DNA of 43,903 nucleotides, taken from the NCBI GenBank assembly GCA_913041095.1, contig CAJWIB010000001.1, positions 1 through 43,903 of the forward strand. Reading direction: 5' to 3'. This document shows positions 1 through 8,358 of this stretch, piece by piece. How positions within the stretch are numbered: the first letter of the stretch is position 1; every line of letters begins with the position of its first letter. Below the pieces are notes generated by a model. That model saw only the letters and a program-made list of their open reading frames with translations, did not search any database and had not been told where the DNA came from. The stretch is from an uncultured Rhodospirillaceae bacterium. Its GTDB lineage: Bacteria; Pseudomonadota; Alphaproteobacteria; Rhodospirillales; UBA2165. A program made the translations under genes and the position numbers.

Positions 1-188
1 CTAGTACGAAGGCATTGCCCAGAGTTTATATTACAACTGGTCCGGAGGTGGGTAAGAAGCGGCTTTCCGGTGATATTGCTAAATCTGTTTCGACCAGTGA
101 AGTGGAGGATTTTCGCCGCGAGGCGCAGTAACTCAAAGAATCCTTAGCCAAGCAGATGCTGGAGAATCGTTTCTCAAAAAAAGCATGA
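1..188 (+). mobile_element. IS3-family transposase OrfA remnant (partial at window edge, frameshifted, in-frame TAA at 129-131)
   Basis: One frame reads YEGIAQSLYYNWSGGG*. A second frame reads VGKKRLSGDIAKSVSTSEVEDFRREAQ*LKESLAKQMLENRFSKKA*. Together these resemble the end of the HTH and the coiled-coil tail (..LEN..LKKA) of IS3-family OrfA proteins. No intact ORF remains. Confidence 0.55.
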
Positions 189-242
189 TCGCGTTATATC
201 TAGGGCTGGCGTGCTACGGCGAAGAATATTCCTTTCATCTAT

Positions 243-869
243 TTACGCCTTGCTTACCAGCCAGTTGACGGAGTCATCAATTAATGCAGATTCTTCCGGG
301 CTGTTGATGATGAGCAAATTATTGGCTGTCGGAATATCGTTCTTTTTTAACCGCCAACTGAGGAACCTGACCTCGGGAAGAAATTCAGCGAAATCCGTAT
401 CATCGAAATAACCTTCGAGCAGGGCATCTGGATGCACCGCGTCTAGCCGGTCCTTTTCATATACCATAGTTCGATTAAAAAGTCGCCACACACCGTCCTC
501 GCGCTTTTCAATAAGATCGAAAAACTGACCCCAAAACTCCCAATCGAATTCATGGCCGTTAACAATCACGTGGGAGATATGATTGAAGTGACATTGACTA
601 AAGGCTCGATTGCCGTTGAGTTGAATGCGGCCCGGACTCATAACATGTTTGCTGTATTCACCTTGCTTAAATTCGGCTAGCCGCTCAGCGGAATTGTCAA
701 CGAACTCTGAGGCGGGACCCGATATCCAAGCAATATCTATGGTGCCGTCAGGTTGAAAACAGTTGCGCAAATTTTCCCATTCAGCACGGTCGCGGGCCTG
801 CCCCCAGTACATCAGTAATTCATTAATTTCCTGGCGATCAGCTGCAGCATTTACGCGTGCTTCATCCAT
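243..869 (-). CDS. SnoaL-like / NTF2-fold domain protein
   Basis: 208-aa ORF. The N-terminal part (INELLMYWGQARDRAEWENLRNCFQPDGTIDIAW) looks like a SnoaL_4/NTF2-like fold. No specific function can be assigned. Confidence 0.55.
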   Translation of the reverse strand: MDEARVNAAADRQEINELLMYWGQARDRAEWENLRNCFQPDGTIDIAWISGPASEFVDNSAERLAEFKQGEYSKHVMSPGRIQLNGNRAFSQCHFNHISHVIVNGHEFDWEFWGQFFDLIEKREDGVWRLFNRTMVYEKDRLDAVHPDALLEGYFDDTDFAEFLPEVRFLSWRLKKNDIPTANNLLIINSPEESALIDDSVNWLVSKA

Positions 870-1043
870 GATTGGAGTCCCCTAGTGTTAACTTAATCTT
901 AGTATTAATGAGGCGGCATCACGAGACAATAGGGAATGGCTAAAATAGTTAGGAATGGAGAATATCCAGTTCGCCGAATGCCAGCACGATCGTTAGTGCG
1001 ATTTTTCCGAGCGAACGCGTCAATCATTAATTTGTTATCAAAC

Positions 1044-1817
1044 TTACAAATCAAGCTCACACCAGACCGGCGTGTGATCGGACGGCTTTTCCCAGCCGCG
1101 CGGCGTGCGATCAACGCCTGAGGCCGTCAATAAGTCAGTGGCTTGCGGTGACAGCAGGAGATGATCGATGCGGATGCCATTGTCTTTGTTCCAGGCGCCG
1201 GCCCGGTAATCCCAATAGGAATAGCGGCCGGCTTCCGGGTTAAAGACCCGGAACGCATCGGTGAGGCCAAGATATATAAGTTTCCGCCATGCCGCATGAG
1301 TCTCTGGCCGGAACAGCGCATCGCCGCGCCAGCTTTCCGGGTCATGGACGTCGGCATCTTCCGGAATGACATTGTAGTCGCCGCCCAATACAAACACGTC
1401 CTCGGTGGCGAGCAATTCTTTTGCGTGATCATGCAGGCGAGCCATGAAACCGAGCTTATAGGGATATTTTTCCGTATCCACGGGGTTGCCATTGGGTAGA
1501 TAGATCGCCGCTACGCGAACGCCGCCCGTAAATCCTTCAATATAGCGGGCTTGCTCATCACTCGGATCGCCCGGTAGCTCCGTCAGCTCGATATCAATCG
1601 GTGTTTTGGAAAGAATGGCGACGCCGTTATAGGTTTTCTGGCCGGCGACAGCGATGTTGTAGCCTTTATCTTCAACTTCCAAATGCGGAAAAGCTTCGGC
1701 AACGCATTTAAGTTCCTGGAGTAAAACCACATCCGGCGAAAAGTCATCCAGCCATCTGAGCAGATGGGCTAGGCGGGCTTTAACCGAATTGACGTTCCAT
1801 GTCGCTATTTTAACCAT
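1044..1817 (-). CDS. xthA: Exodeoxyribonuclease III
   Basis: 257 aa. It begins MVKIATWNVNSVKARL, contains LLQELK, and ends ..IDHLLLSP..SDHTPVW, all typical of ExoIII/AP endonuclease family 1. Confidence 0.9.
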   Translation of the reverse strand: MVKIATWNVNSVKARLAHLLRWLDDFSPDVVLLQELKCVAEAFPHLEVEDKGYNIAVAGQKTYNGVAILSKTPIDIELTELPGDPSDEQARYIEGFTGGVRVAAIYLPNGNPVDTEKYPYKLGFMARLHDHAKELLATEDVFVLGGDYNVIPEDADVHDPESWRGDALFRPETHAAWRKLIYLGLTDAFRVFNPEAGRYSYWDYRAGAWNKDNGIRIDHLLLSPQATDLLTASGVDRTPRGWEKPSDHTPVWCELDL

Positions 1818-1892
1818 TCAAGCTTTATCCAAAAAAAGAAGACCCGATTAAGGGCCGTTCATAACACATTATTTATAACTGCCAAAGGATAG

Positions 1893-2222
1893 CTAAACCG
1901 CAAAGGAGACGCCACAGCCACAAGAAGATGTCGCACTAGGGATGTTGAGTCTAAACGCCGCGCCCATCAGATCATCGACAAAATCGACTTCTGAATTGCC
2001 GAGAATTTCGAGAGACATATCATCAATGATAATTTTGACACCATGATCTTCAAAAATTTGATCCTCAGCAGTTTTGTTTGCATCAAGATCGAAGCCATAA
2101 GAAAAACCTGAGCACCCTCCTGCCGATACAGTCACGCGCAGCATTAATTGATCGTTGCCATCTGAGGCTATGAGATCAGTGACGCGGTTGGCGGCACTTT
2201 CAGTAATGGATAAGGCATTCAT
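1893..2222 (-). CDS. erpA: Iron-sulfur cluster insertion/carrier protein, HesB/IscA/ErpA family
   Basis: 109 aa. It has GGCSGFSY and the C-terminal SCGCGVSFAV signature of A-type Fe-S carriers. Confidence 0.85.
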   Translation of the reverse strand: MNALSITESAANRVTDLIASDGNDQLMLRVTVSAGGCSGFSYGFDLDANKTAEDQIFEDHGVKIIIDDMSLEILGNSEVDFVDDLMGAAFRLNIPSATSSCGCGVSFAV

Positions 2223-2619
2223 AATTTATTCTCTTAACGGCGAAACATTTACGTAATGATAACAATTCGCAAGACTTTTTGTAATCCAAAATATTGGATT
2301 GTCAAATAATTCACCGAATTGATTAAACATCTACAGTGTCCGCTTTAGGTTAAAGAACGGACATTATTTTCCGGCTGCTTGATGTCCGCTATTAGCCAGA
2401 AGCAGTCATCTATTGATTTGTCGACGTTGTTCGCAAGGTAATTTGACGTCAGAATCATCCAAGTTTTTGCGCACTCAATCAAGCATTCTGGAGAATGAAG
2501 TCCACCGCCCGATCGGCGACCATCATGGTCGGTGCGTTGGTATTGCCCGAAACTAGCGTCGGCATGACTGAGCAATCGGCGCCGCGCAAATTTTCGATCC
2601 CCTAGAACCGCAAGTTTAG

Positions 2620-2805
2620 ATCGAGCACCGCAACCGCATCAACGAGATCGAGAACTTCTGGAACCAAGCCAAACAGCATCTCTGCCGCTACAACGGCATT
2701 CCCAAGCACCACATCCATCTTTATCTCAAGGAATGTGGGTGGCACTTCAACTACCGGCCTACAGCCAATCTGTTGAAGGTTTTGATGCAATGGGCCAAAA
2801 TGTGA
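2620..2805 (+). mobile_element. IS1595-family transposase C-terminal remnant
   Basis: Translation is IEHRNRINEIENFWNQAKQHLCRYNGIPKHHIHLYLKECGWHFNYRPTANLLKVLMQWAKM*. This matches the conserved C-terminus (H.NxIENFW..AK..L..fnGi.k..f.lyLKEcE.RFN) of IS1595/IS1016-group transposases. A stop lies directly upstream, and the sequence further upstream (about 2440-2620) shows only broken frames. Confidence 0.7.
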
Positions 2806-2844
2806 ATACTTTGAGTTTATCTATGTCAGCCCCTTGTGTTATTA

Positions 2845-4176
2845 CTATTTATCCAAGACACGGACCACCTTCCCAACTGAAATCCTCATTAAATCTTTGC
2901 CGACCACCATCTTCCCAGAATACGTTTTGCGTGCTCGTTCGATAATCTTATCAGGCGAAACACCATATGTTACCAAATGGGTGAAGACCCCGAGTTTGGG
3001 TTTGACTGCGGCAAATACCTTACCAACTCTTTCAGGTGTGACGTGGTTATCTTCAAATGTAGCGAAGAAGGGGATCTGTTTCTTAAATTGTTCAGACACT
3101 GCCGCTACTTCGTGTATCACAAGGTCAGCACCTTTAGCTGCATCAATCACACATTGACAGTATTTAGTATCACCAGAAAGAACAACAGCACGGCCAGCGT
3201 AATCGATTCGAAACCCAAACGCATATTTAAAGGGTTGATGATCGACCATGAATGCCCGAATTGATACGCCATTTTTGTTATAAACCTCTCCCGGATATAC
3301 ATCGCGTGCAATGATCTTGTTGGCTTCTTTTTTTGCTTTATGACGAACGCGGATATCTTCGGCATAGGCAGCTTCCAAGTTAGTCATAAGGCTTTTTGTC
3401 CCCGGTGGGCCCCAAACTTGGAACGGTGTAAGTCGACCAAACATACGACCGGAAAGCCATAGATCTGGAATTCCTTCAACATGGTCGGAATGCAGGTGAG
3501 TTAGAAATAATTTGTCAGCTCTGGCAAAATAGGGGCGGGCTCGCAGAGGATGCTCGCCGCCAAGCTGGAAGATTCGGATTGTAGCACCTCGTCCGGCATC
3601 AAATACAAAGCCGCCTGCGTCAGTCTCAATTAGGGTAGATGGCCCGAAGCGCTTTACTCTCGGGGGTGGCGCTCCGGTGCCAAGTAATGTGACCCGGAAC
3701 AGTGGTTCCTCAGTTGCCGATTTAGGACATCCGGCTCCAGTAAAGAAGCCGCTGATCTCGGCTCCATCCAGTCCTTTGTTCTTATCACAGTCCATGGCCT
3801 TAAAATTGGAAAACAGGATGGCTTTGGCTTCGTTCTTCTGAACCAGTCCATCCTTATTGGTATCCATGGCTTTCGCCCGGTCCGAAAGAGGAGGAAATTT
3901 TGATTTCTTTTTAGGTGCAGCAGCTTTTGGACACTCTGTTCCCGTAAAGAAGCCGCTTATTTCAGCGCCGTCCAATCCACCATTCTTGTCACAGTCCATA
4001 TCTTTGAAATTGGATTTTAACATGCCCTGGGCTTCGCCCTCCTGAACTAACCCATCCTTATTGGTGTCCATGGCTTTTGCCCGATTTGAGAGTTCTTTCC
4101 CCTGGCTCATTGTAATTGACGAATGGGCCAAGGTGGTGGCCGCGATGAGTATGCTGATAAGTGCTGTGCGTTTCAT
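2845..4176 (-). CDS. Secreted protein: signal peptide, 2 x (paired EF-hand-like Ca-binding module), metallo-beta-lactamase-fold hydrolase domain
   Basis: The likely start is M13 of the track ORF (ATG at 4174-4176), with GGGAGG 7 nt upstream. MKRTALISILIAATTLAHS looks like a signal peptide. The loops DTNKDGLVQEGE and DCDKNGGLDGAE each occur twice. The C-terminal domain has THLHSDH (the HxHxDH motif of the MBL/RNase Z-like fold). Confidence 0.8.
   Translation of the reverse strand: MKRTALISILIAATTLAHSSITMSQGKELSNRAKAMDTNKDGLVQEGEAQGMLKSNFKDMDCDKNGGLDGAEISGFFTGTECPKAAAPKKKSKFPPLSDRAKAMDTNKDGLVQKNEAKAILFSNFKAMDCDKNKGLDGAEISGFFTGAGCPKSATEEPLFRVTLLGTGAPPPRVKRFGPSTLIETDAGGFVFDAGRGATIRIFQLGGEHPLRARPYFARADKLFLTHLHSDHVEGIPDLWLSGRMFGRLTPFQVWGPPGTKSLMTNLEAAYAEDIRVRHKAKKEANKIIARDVYPGEVYNKNGVSIRAFMVDHQPFKYAFGFRIDYAGRAVVLSGDTKYCQCVIDAAKGADLVIHEVAAVSEQFKKQIPFFATFEDNHVTPERVGKVFAAVKPKLGVFTHLVTYGVSPDKIIERARKTYSGKMVVGKDLMRISVGKVVRVLDK
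3721..4092. repeat. Intragenic tandem duplication (2 x about 204 nt) encoding the EF-hand pair module
   Basis: Residues L41-K96 and L109-K164 of the track ORF are near-identical with a 68-aa period. The plus-strand spurious ORFs at 3857 and 4061 both start MVSMAFAR and lie 204 nt apart, which shows the DNA-level repeat. Confidence 0.85.
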
Positions 4177-4537
4177 GATTGATACCTCCCTGCTTTCGGC
4201 GTCGGTTTTCAACGCTTCTCAGATCTTTCCTTTAGTATGGTAGTATGGTCTTGGCGATTAGTTAGCATCACGCATAAGGTCACTGTCAAGGATTGCCTCT
4301 GACGGCGATACCTTGCCACGGGAAAATACCACGTTACCCGTATTATTGATCGTTTTGTAGAGCCCTAGTCTTACTGTGTCACAAATGGCCCGACCAGAGG
4401 TTAGCACAATTTGGCTATTGAAACATGCGCCCGGGCCCCTGGGCATTGCCGTTTGGAGGTGCTTCAGCAACGAGAGTGGCCACACTATGAGAGGCTAACA
4501 GTAAATCACCTTGATTTTAATCAAACGGTGAAGGGAG

Positions 4538-5458
4538 CTATTTACCGTTCTCAAAGGGTTTAATTACGGCATAGAGCGTTTCATTGACCGGTGTTGGGAT
4601 ATTTAATTTTCTACCCATCCTCACCACTGCGCCCGTTAACCAGGGAGTTTCGAGGCGGTAACCTTTCTCCAAATCCTTCAGCGTTGAAGCTGTCATATCC
4701 GGCGGCATCTTGTTGGTGGCAAAGTCCATCTGGCGCTCGACGATGTCGTCCGGCAAATTCGCACCAGTTGCACGCCCGACTGCTGCTATCTCTGTCATTG
4801 TCGCACGATATGTCTTCGCCATGTCTGGATTGGCGAGAATTTTTCCGATCGGGCTCCGGGACGCTGTCGTCATGCCGCTCAACGTGGCCAAGGTTACAAA
4901 TTTTTCCCATACGGCTACCTGAATATCATCTGGGATCATCGCTTCAATGCCACTGTCTTGGCAGGCTTTTAAAAATGCCTTAGTCCGATCTGATATTTGG
5001 TTATTGCTCTCGCCAAAAATCAGTTTGGCAAAATTTCCAAAATGCTGAATGACACCGGGTTCGGCGATCACAGATGATACTTGCGCAGTTCCGGTAAGCG
5101 CATGTTTAGCGCCAATTTTCTCAGCTATCACCATGCTGCTTTCGACTCCATTTTGTAGTGATATAACAGTGGTGTTGTTCGCCAGCATCTGCTTGCAGGC
5201 TCTAGCCGAAGCCGCGGTATCCCAAAGTTTAACAGCAAAGAGGATGACATCGACCGGCCCGACACTGGCGGTATCATCCGTCGCGTTTGCGTTGGGTATA
5301 TGAACGTCGCCTAGCTCGCTTCGTACTTTTAAACCCTGGCAGCGAATGGCTTCCAGATGTTTTCCACGGGCGATAAAGACGACATCATGACCGGCTTCGG
5401 CCAATCGCACGCCAAAGTATCCACCAACTGCACCCGCTGCCATAACCGCAATTTTCAT
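4538..5458 (-). CDS. panE: 2-dehydropantoate 2-reductase family (ketopantoate reductase-like) oxidoreductase
   Basis: The start was moved to MKIAVMAAGAVGGYFG (Rossmann GxGxxG; ATG at 5456-5458), 1 nt after the upstream stop. Length and C-terminal domain are consistent with the ApbA/PanE family. The true substrate is uncertain. Confidence 0.75.
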   Translation of the reverse strand: MKIAVMAAGAVGGYFGVRLAEAGHDVVFIARGKHLEAIRCQGLKVRSELGDVHIPNANATDDTASVGPVDVILFAVKLWDTAASARACKQMLANNTTVISLQNGVESSMVIAEKIGAKHALTGTAQVSSVIAEPGVIQHFGNFAKLIFGESNNQISDRTKAFLKACQDSGIEAMIPDDIQVAVWEKFVTLATLSGMTTASRSPIGKILANPDMAKTYRATMTEIAAVGRATGANLPDDIVERQMDFATNKMPPDMTASTLKDLEKGYRLETPWLTGAVVRMGRKLNIPTPVNETLYAVIKPFENGK

Positions 5459-5459
5459 T

Positions 5460-5867
5460 CTAAATCTCCGTCCGCTCACAAATCTCGAACAGGAGGTCTG
5501 TATCATTGTCGCGTCTAAAAAATGCAACTTGGCCGTGAGAACCTTCGCGGGGGAAGCCGTCCATTATTTTAAATTTAGCCTCGGTAAATTCGTTGATGGC
5601 TTTATTAAGATCATTTACACCTATAGAAATATGATTGAGGCCGATTTCGTTGCCCATGACCTCTTTGGCGAAATTTGATTCTGGTCCCACATATTCGATC
5701 AGCTCCAAAGAAATATTTTCAGCCTCAAAAGTGGCAATGCGCAATCCAACGTCAGGCATGTCTTTGGTGTAGGCGGGTTTGCCGCCGATCAGGAAGCGAA
5801 ATCTCTCAATCGCTTTGTCGAGGTCGGCGACAATTATGCCAAGATGATCAATTCTAAGCCTGCTCAT
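5460..5867 (-). CDS. VOC (glyoxalase/bleomycin resistance/dioxygenase) family protein, methylmalonyl-CoA epimerase-like
   Basis: 135 aa. The sequence IDHLGIIVADLDKAIERF ... LNHISIGVNDLNKAI shows the paired beta-alpha-beta-beta-beta modules of VOC proteins. Confidence 0.75.
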   Translation of the reverse strand: MSRLRIDHLGIIVADLDKAIERFRFLIGGKPAYTKDMPDVGLRIATFEAENISLELIEYVGPESNFAKEVMGNEIGLNHISIGVNDLNKAINEFTEAKFKIMDGFPREGSHGQVAFFRRDNDTDLLFEICERTEI

Positions 5868-6090
5868 GGGCGGTTACTCCGTACAGTTTTGTTGGCCGTA
5901 TCATCCAATTCTAAACTCTCCGGATTAATAACAACACCATAATCCACCTTAGCCCGCTTGACCGATACCCGCCCGTTTTTAACTTCATTGAGAACAACCT
6001 CAATCGGACGCTTGAACGGGTCGCCATAGCCGCCACCACCACCGCCGGCGATTTGGCTGAGGACGGTATGATTAGTAATGTTTTTAGCAA
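5864..6090 (-). pseudogene. Hydantoinase B/oxoprolinase (HyuB-type) C-terminal stump
   Basis: The reverse translation is ..NHTVLSQIAGGGGGGYGDPFKRPIEVVLNEVKNGRVSVKRAKVDYGVVINPESLELDDTANKTVRSNRP*. The GGGGGYGDP...V..DV..G.VS...A...YGVV tail is characteristic of HyuB. There is no start codon, a stop lies upstream, and the frame runs into an AT-rich tract. Its TGA overlaps the ATG of the VOC gene (ATGA). Confidence 0.7.
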
Positions 6091-6290
6091 TTTCTTTTGA
6101 ATTATGGAGACTAGGATTATCTTTCTATAAATGATATTTTGTTAATAATGATTGAATGTCATTTTTGATAATTTCTCAATATGTTATTTTACCGTTATAT
6201 ACTAATAGGTTAACCTCATATTCTGTCTCATTCATAACTCCTATCTCATTACGATGAGCCAGAAATTCACTCTTATCAAATACTACAAGC

Positions 6291-6322
6291 TAGTGCCATA
6301 AGCGCTGACGAGGGACAGATGC
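6291..6322 (+). repeat. 32-nt intergenic motif, copy 1 (TAGTGCCATAAGCGCTGACGAGGGACAGATGC)
   Basis: It matches 15440-15471 at 27 of 32 positions in the same orientation. Both copies lie 120-150 nt upstream of plus-strand genes. Confidence 0.7.
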
Positions 6323-6471
6323 TTGTAGTGGGAACACAACACTGGACGCGGGCACCTTTCTAATTTTTCTTCGTGCTCTTTGTGCCCTTTGTGGTAACTA
6401 AACGTCGTCAACATTTTTGTGAGGGGCACCTTAAACGACTATTGTGCAGGTCGATAGGATGTGCCAAGAAG

Positions 6472-7695
6472 ATGTCCTTATGTTATTTTAATGAGTACGA
6501 AAATTTGCCCCAAGAAAAACGCCGTGGCCGCCCAATTTATCTTGATAATCACGCGACCACAGCAGTGGATGAGCGGGTGGTGGAAGCCATGCTGCCTTAT
6601 TTCTCCAAGCAATTCGGCAATCCGCATTCAGGCAACCATTTTTATGGGTGGGAGGCAGCCGAAGCGGTCGAGCTGGCGCGTGCGCAAGTCGCTGATGCCA
6701 TAAATGCTGCGCCCGATGAAATTTACTTCACTTCCGGCGCCACCGAGGCCAACAATTTGGCGATCAAAGGCGTTGCCCGGTTTTACCGCGATAAAAAGAA
6801 CCATATCATCACCTGCGTTTCCGAACATATGTGCGTGCTTGATACCTGTTTCCAATTGGAGAACGAAGGCAACCGGGTTACCTATCTGCAAGTCGATAGC
6901 GACGGTATGATAGATCTGGACGCGCTTAAAGACGCGATCTCAGAGGACACCGTGCTGATCTCGATTATGACTGTGCAGAACGAAATCGGTGTTATTCAGC
7001 CAATGGCCGAAATTGGCGCTATTGCTCATGAAAATAAAGTGCTGCTGCACAGTGATGCGGCACAGGCGCTGGGTAAAATCTTGCTCGACGTTAAAGCAAT
7101 GAACATCAATCTGATGAGCATCACGGGTCATAAAGTTTATGGACCGATGGGGTTGGGCGCGCTCTATGTTAGTAATAAACCCCGGGTTCGCCTGAAACCG
7201 ATTTTCAGTGGTGGTGGTCAGGAGAGAAATCTGCGTTCCGGTACTTTGCCGGCGCCGCTCTGTGTCGGCTTTGGTAAAACCTGTGAGCTCGCCGTGGCAG
7301 AGATGCCGGCAGAAGCTGAACGCCTTCAGAAAATGCGGGATGGGGTGATCGAGAAACTGACGAGTGAGTTGGATGGTATCCTGATCAATGGCGGGATGGA
7401 ACACCGTGTGTCCGGAAATTTAAACATCAGCATTGAAGGCGCGGATGCCGAAAGCCTGATGGCGGCATTGCCTGATCTGGCGATGTCATCGGGTTCGGCC
7501 TGTTCGTCGGCGTCTGAAGAATCTTCCTATGTGCTGCAGACCATTGGCCTCAGTGACAAAATGGCAGAAACCAGCCTGCGCATTGGGCTTGGCCGCTTTA
7601 ATACCGAAAATGAAGTTGAGTACGCGGCTGAACGCCTGATCGAAGAAATCACCAATGTGCGTGAAGGCCGGAAAAAGATTTCAGCCGCGGAGTAG
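6472..7695 (+). CDS. iscS: Cysteine desulfurase, IscS/NifS group I
   Basis: It is collinear with IscS. Matching segments are RPIYLDNHATT, FTSGATEANNLAIKG, the PLP-lysine context SITGHKVYGP, RSGTL, and the active-site loop SSGSACSS. I prefer the ATG at 6472. The track start at 6373 (GTG) lies inside a repeat element. No iscU/iscA/hscBA genes are adjacent. Confidence 0.85.
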   Translation: MSLCYFNEYENLPQEKRRGRPIYLDNHATTAVDERVVEAMLPYFSKQFGNPHSGNHFYGWEAAEAVELARAQVADAINAAPDEIYFTSGATEANNLAIKGVARFYRDKKNHIITCVSEHMCVLDTCFQLENEGNRVTYLQVDSDGMIDLDALKDAISEDTVLISIMTVQNEIGVIQPMAEIGAIAHENKVLLHSDAAQALGKILLDVKAMNINLMSITGHKVYGPMGLGALYVSNKPRVRLKPIFSGGGQERNLRSGTLPAPLCVGFGKTCELAVAEMPAEAERLQKMRDGVIEKLTSELDGILINGGMEHRVSGNLNISIEGADAESLMAALPDLAMSSGSACSSASEESSYVLQTIGLSDKMAETSLRIGLGRFNTENEVEYAAERLIEEITNVREGRKKISAAE

Positions 7696-7706
7696 CCTAA
7701 GATGGC

Positions 7707-7886
7707 CTAAGGAGGATTGCCGGTTTTTTTGTAATATTCAGCGAGCGCGTCATCGAAGGCTTTTATTTCCTCTTCCGGCACCGGCAGGCCACATTCATAA
7801 CATTCGTTGTTCATGCGGTCGAACCAGCGGCAGCCACATTCGTTACAGCCAAGTTCCGGCGCGCCGGCGGGATTGGTGAATAACAT
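7707..7886 (-). CDS. Unannotated 59-aa Cys-rich (zinc-ribbon-like) protein
   Basis: It is missing from the ORF track because it is 59 aa. The sequence is MLFTNPAGAPELGCNECGCRWFDRMNNECYECGLPVPEEEIKAFDDALAEYYKKTGNPP*. GGAG lies 8 nt upstream of the ATG and immediately after the stop of the upstream gene (12-nt gap). The Cys pattern is CxxCxC-x9-CxxC. Confidence 0.6.
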   Translation of the reverse strand: MLFTNPAGAPELGCNECGCRWFDRMNNECYECGLPVPEEEIKAFDDALAEYYKKTGNPP

Positions 7887-7898
7887 TCGTTCCGCTCC

Positions 7899-8354
7899 TT
7901 AACGGCAGGGGCCCAAAAACGACAGCCCAACAACTTCAAGGAAATCATAATAGCCGTAATCTTCGAGATCGTCCCGGCCAATCATAAAGAATAATATGAT
8001 CTGGCCGTGATTGGCGCGCTTGACTAATTCCTCGACCAGCACTTCTTCGGTGGCGCCCTGCATCATCGCCAAGGTGTCATCATCAACAACGAACAGCAGA
8101 TCGACATTGGCACGGTGAAAATGCTGGCGTTTAAAACGTTCGTATTCGACGCTAACGCCATCCGTCTCGATATTCCAGACCAGCATAGTGCCATCGAGCT
8201 GGGCAATCGATGTAGAAAAATCACCGTTACAGAATATGCCTATGCGGCCTCCCGGATCGATCGTCGAAAACGCCTCGGGGCAGGCATCGAGCATTCGCTG
8301 CCAGCCTTCGACATCGGCAAGAATTCGATCTGTATCGATGACTTGTGCGTCCAT
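7899..8354 (-). CDS. Hypothetical protein (about 151 aa; alternative start at 8387)
   Basis: The ORF sits between the OYE-type gene and the small Cys-rich ORF on the same strand. The ATG at 8352-8354 lies 4 nt after the upstream stop. I recognise no family. Confidence 0.6.
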   Translation of the reverse strand: MDAQVIDTDRILADVEGWQRMLDACPEAFSTIDPGGRIGIFCNGDFSTSIAQLDGTMLVWNIETDGVSVEYERFKRQHFHRANVDLLFVVDDDTLAMMQGATEEVLVEELVKRANHGQIILFFMIGRDDLEDYGYYDFLEVVGLSFLGPCR

Positions 8355-8358
8355 TAAA

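Noticed and set aside
2283-2300. AATCCAA-AATA-TTGGATT inverted repeat upstream of erpA as a possible IscR-type site
   Set aside because: It has only 7-bp AT-rich arms, and I cannot match it to either IscR consensus from memory. It is too weak to call.
4258-4485. 75-aa minus-strand ORF in the 325-nt gap between the MBL gene and the panE-like gene
   Set aside because: It has a non-ATG start, no RBS and no recognisable family. It may be another gene remnant, but I cannot support that. The tandem AGTATGGT-AGTATGGT at about 4236-4251 nearby is noted without interpretation.
6305-6312. CUGACGAG inside the 32-nt motif resembles the hammerhead ribozyme CUGANGA core
   Set aside because: There is no convincing stem II followed by a GAAA core. 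The second copy reads CUGACGGGG, which breaks the core. This is most likely coincidence.
6373-6471. N-terminal extension of the iscS track ORF (GTG start, MLFVPFVVTKRRQHF..)
   Set aside because: The extension is encoded by a repeat element (6370-6398) that recurs inverted at 37056-37084. IscS homology begins only after the ATG at 6472.
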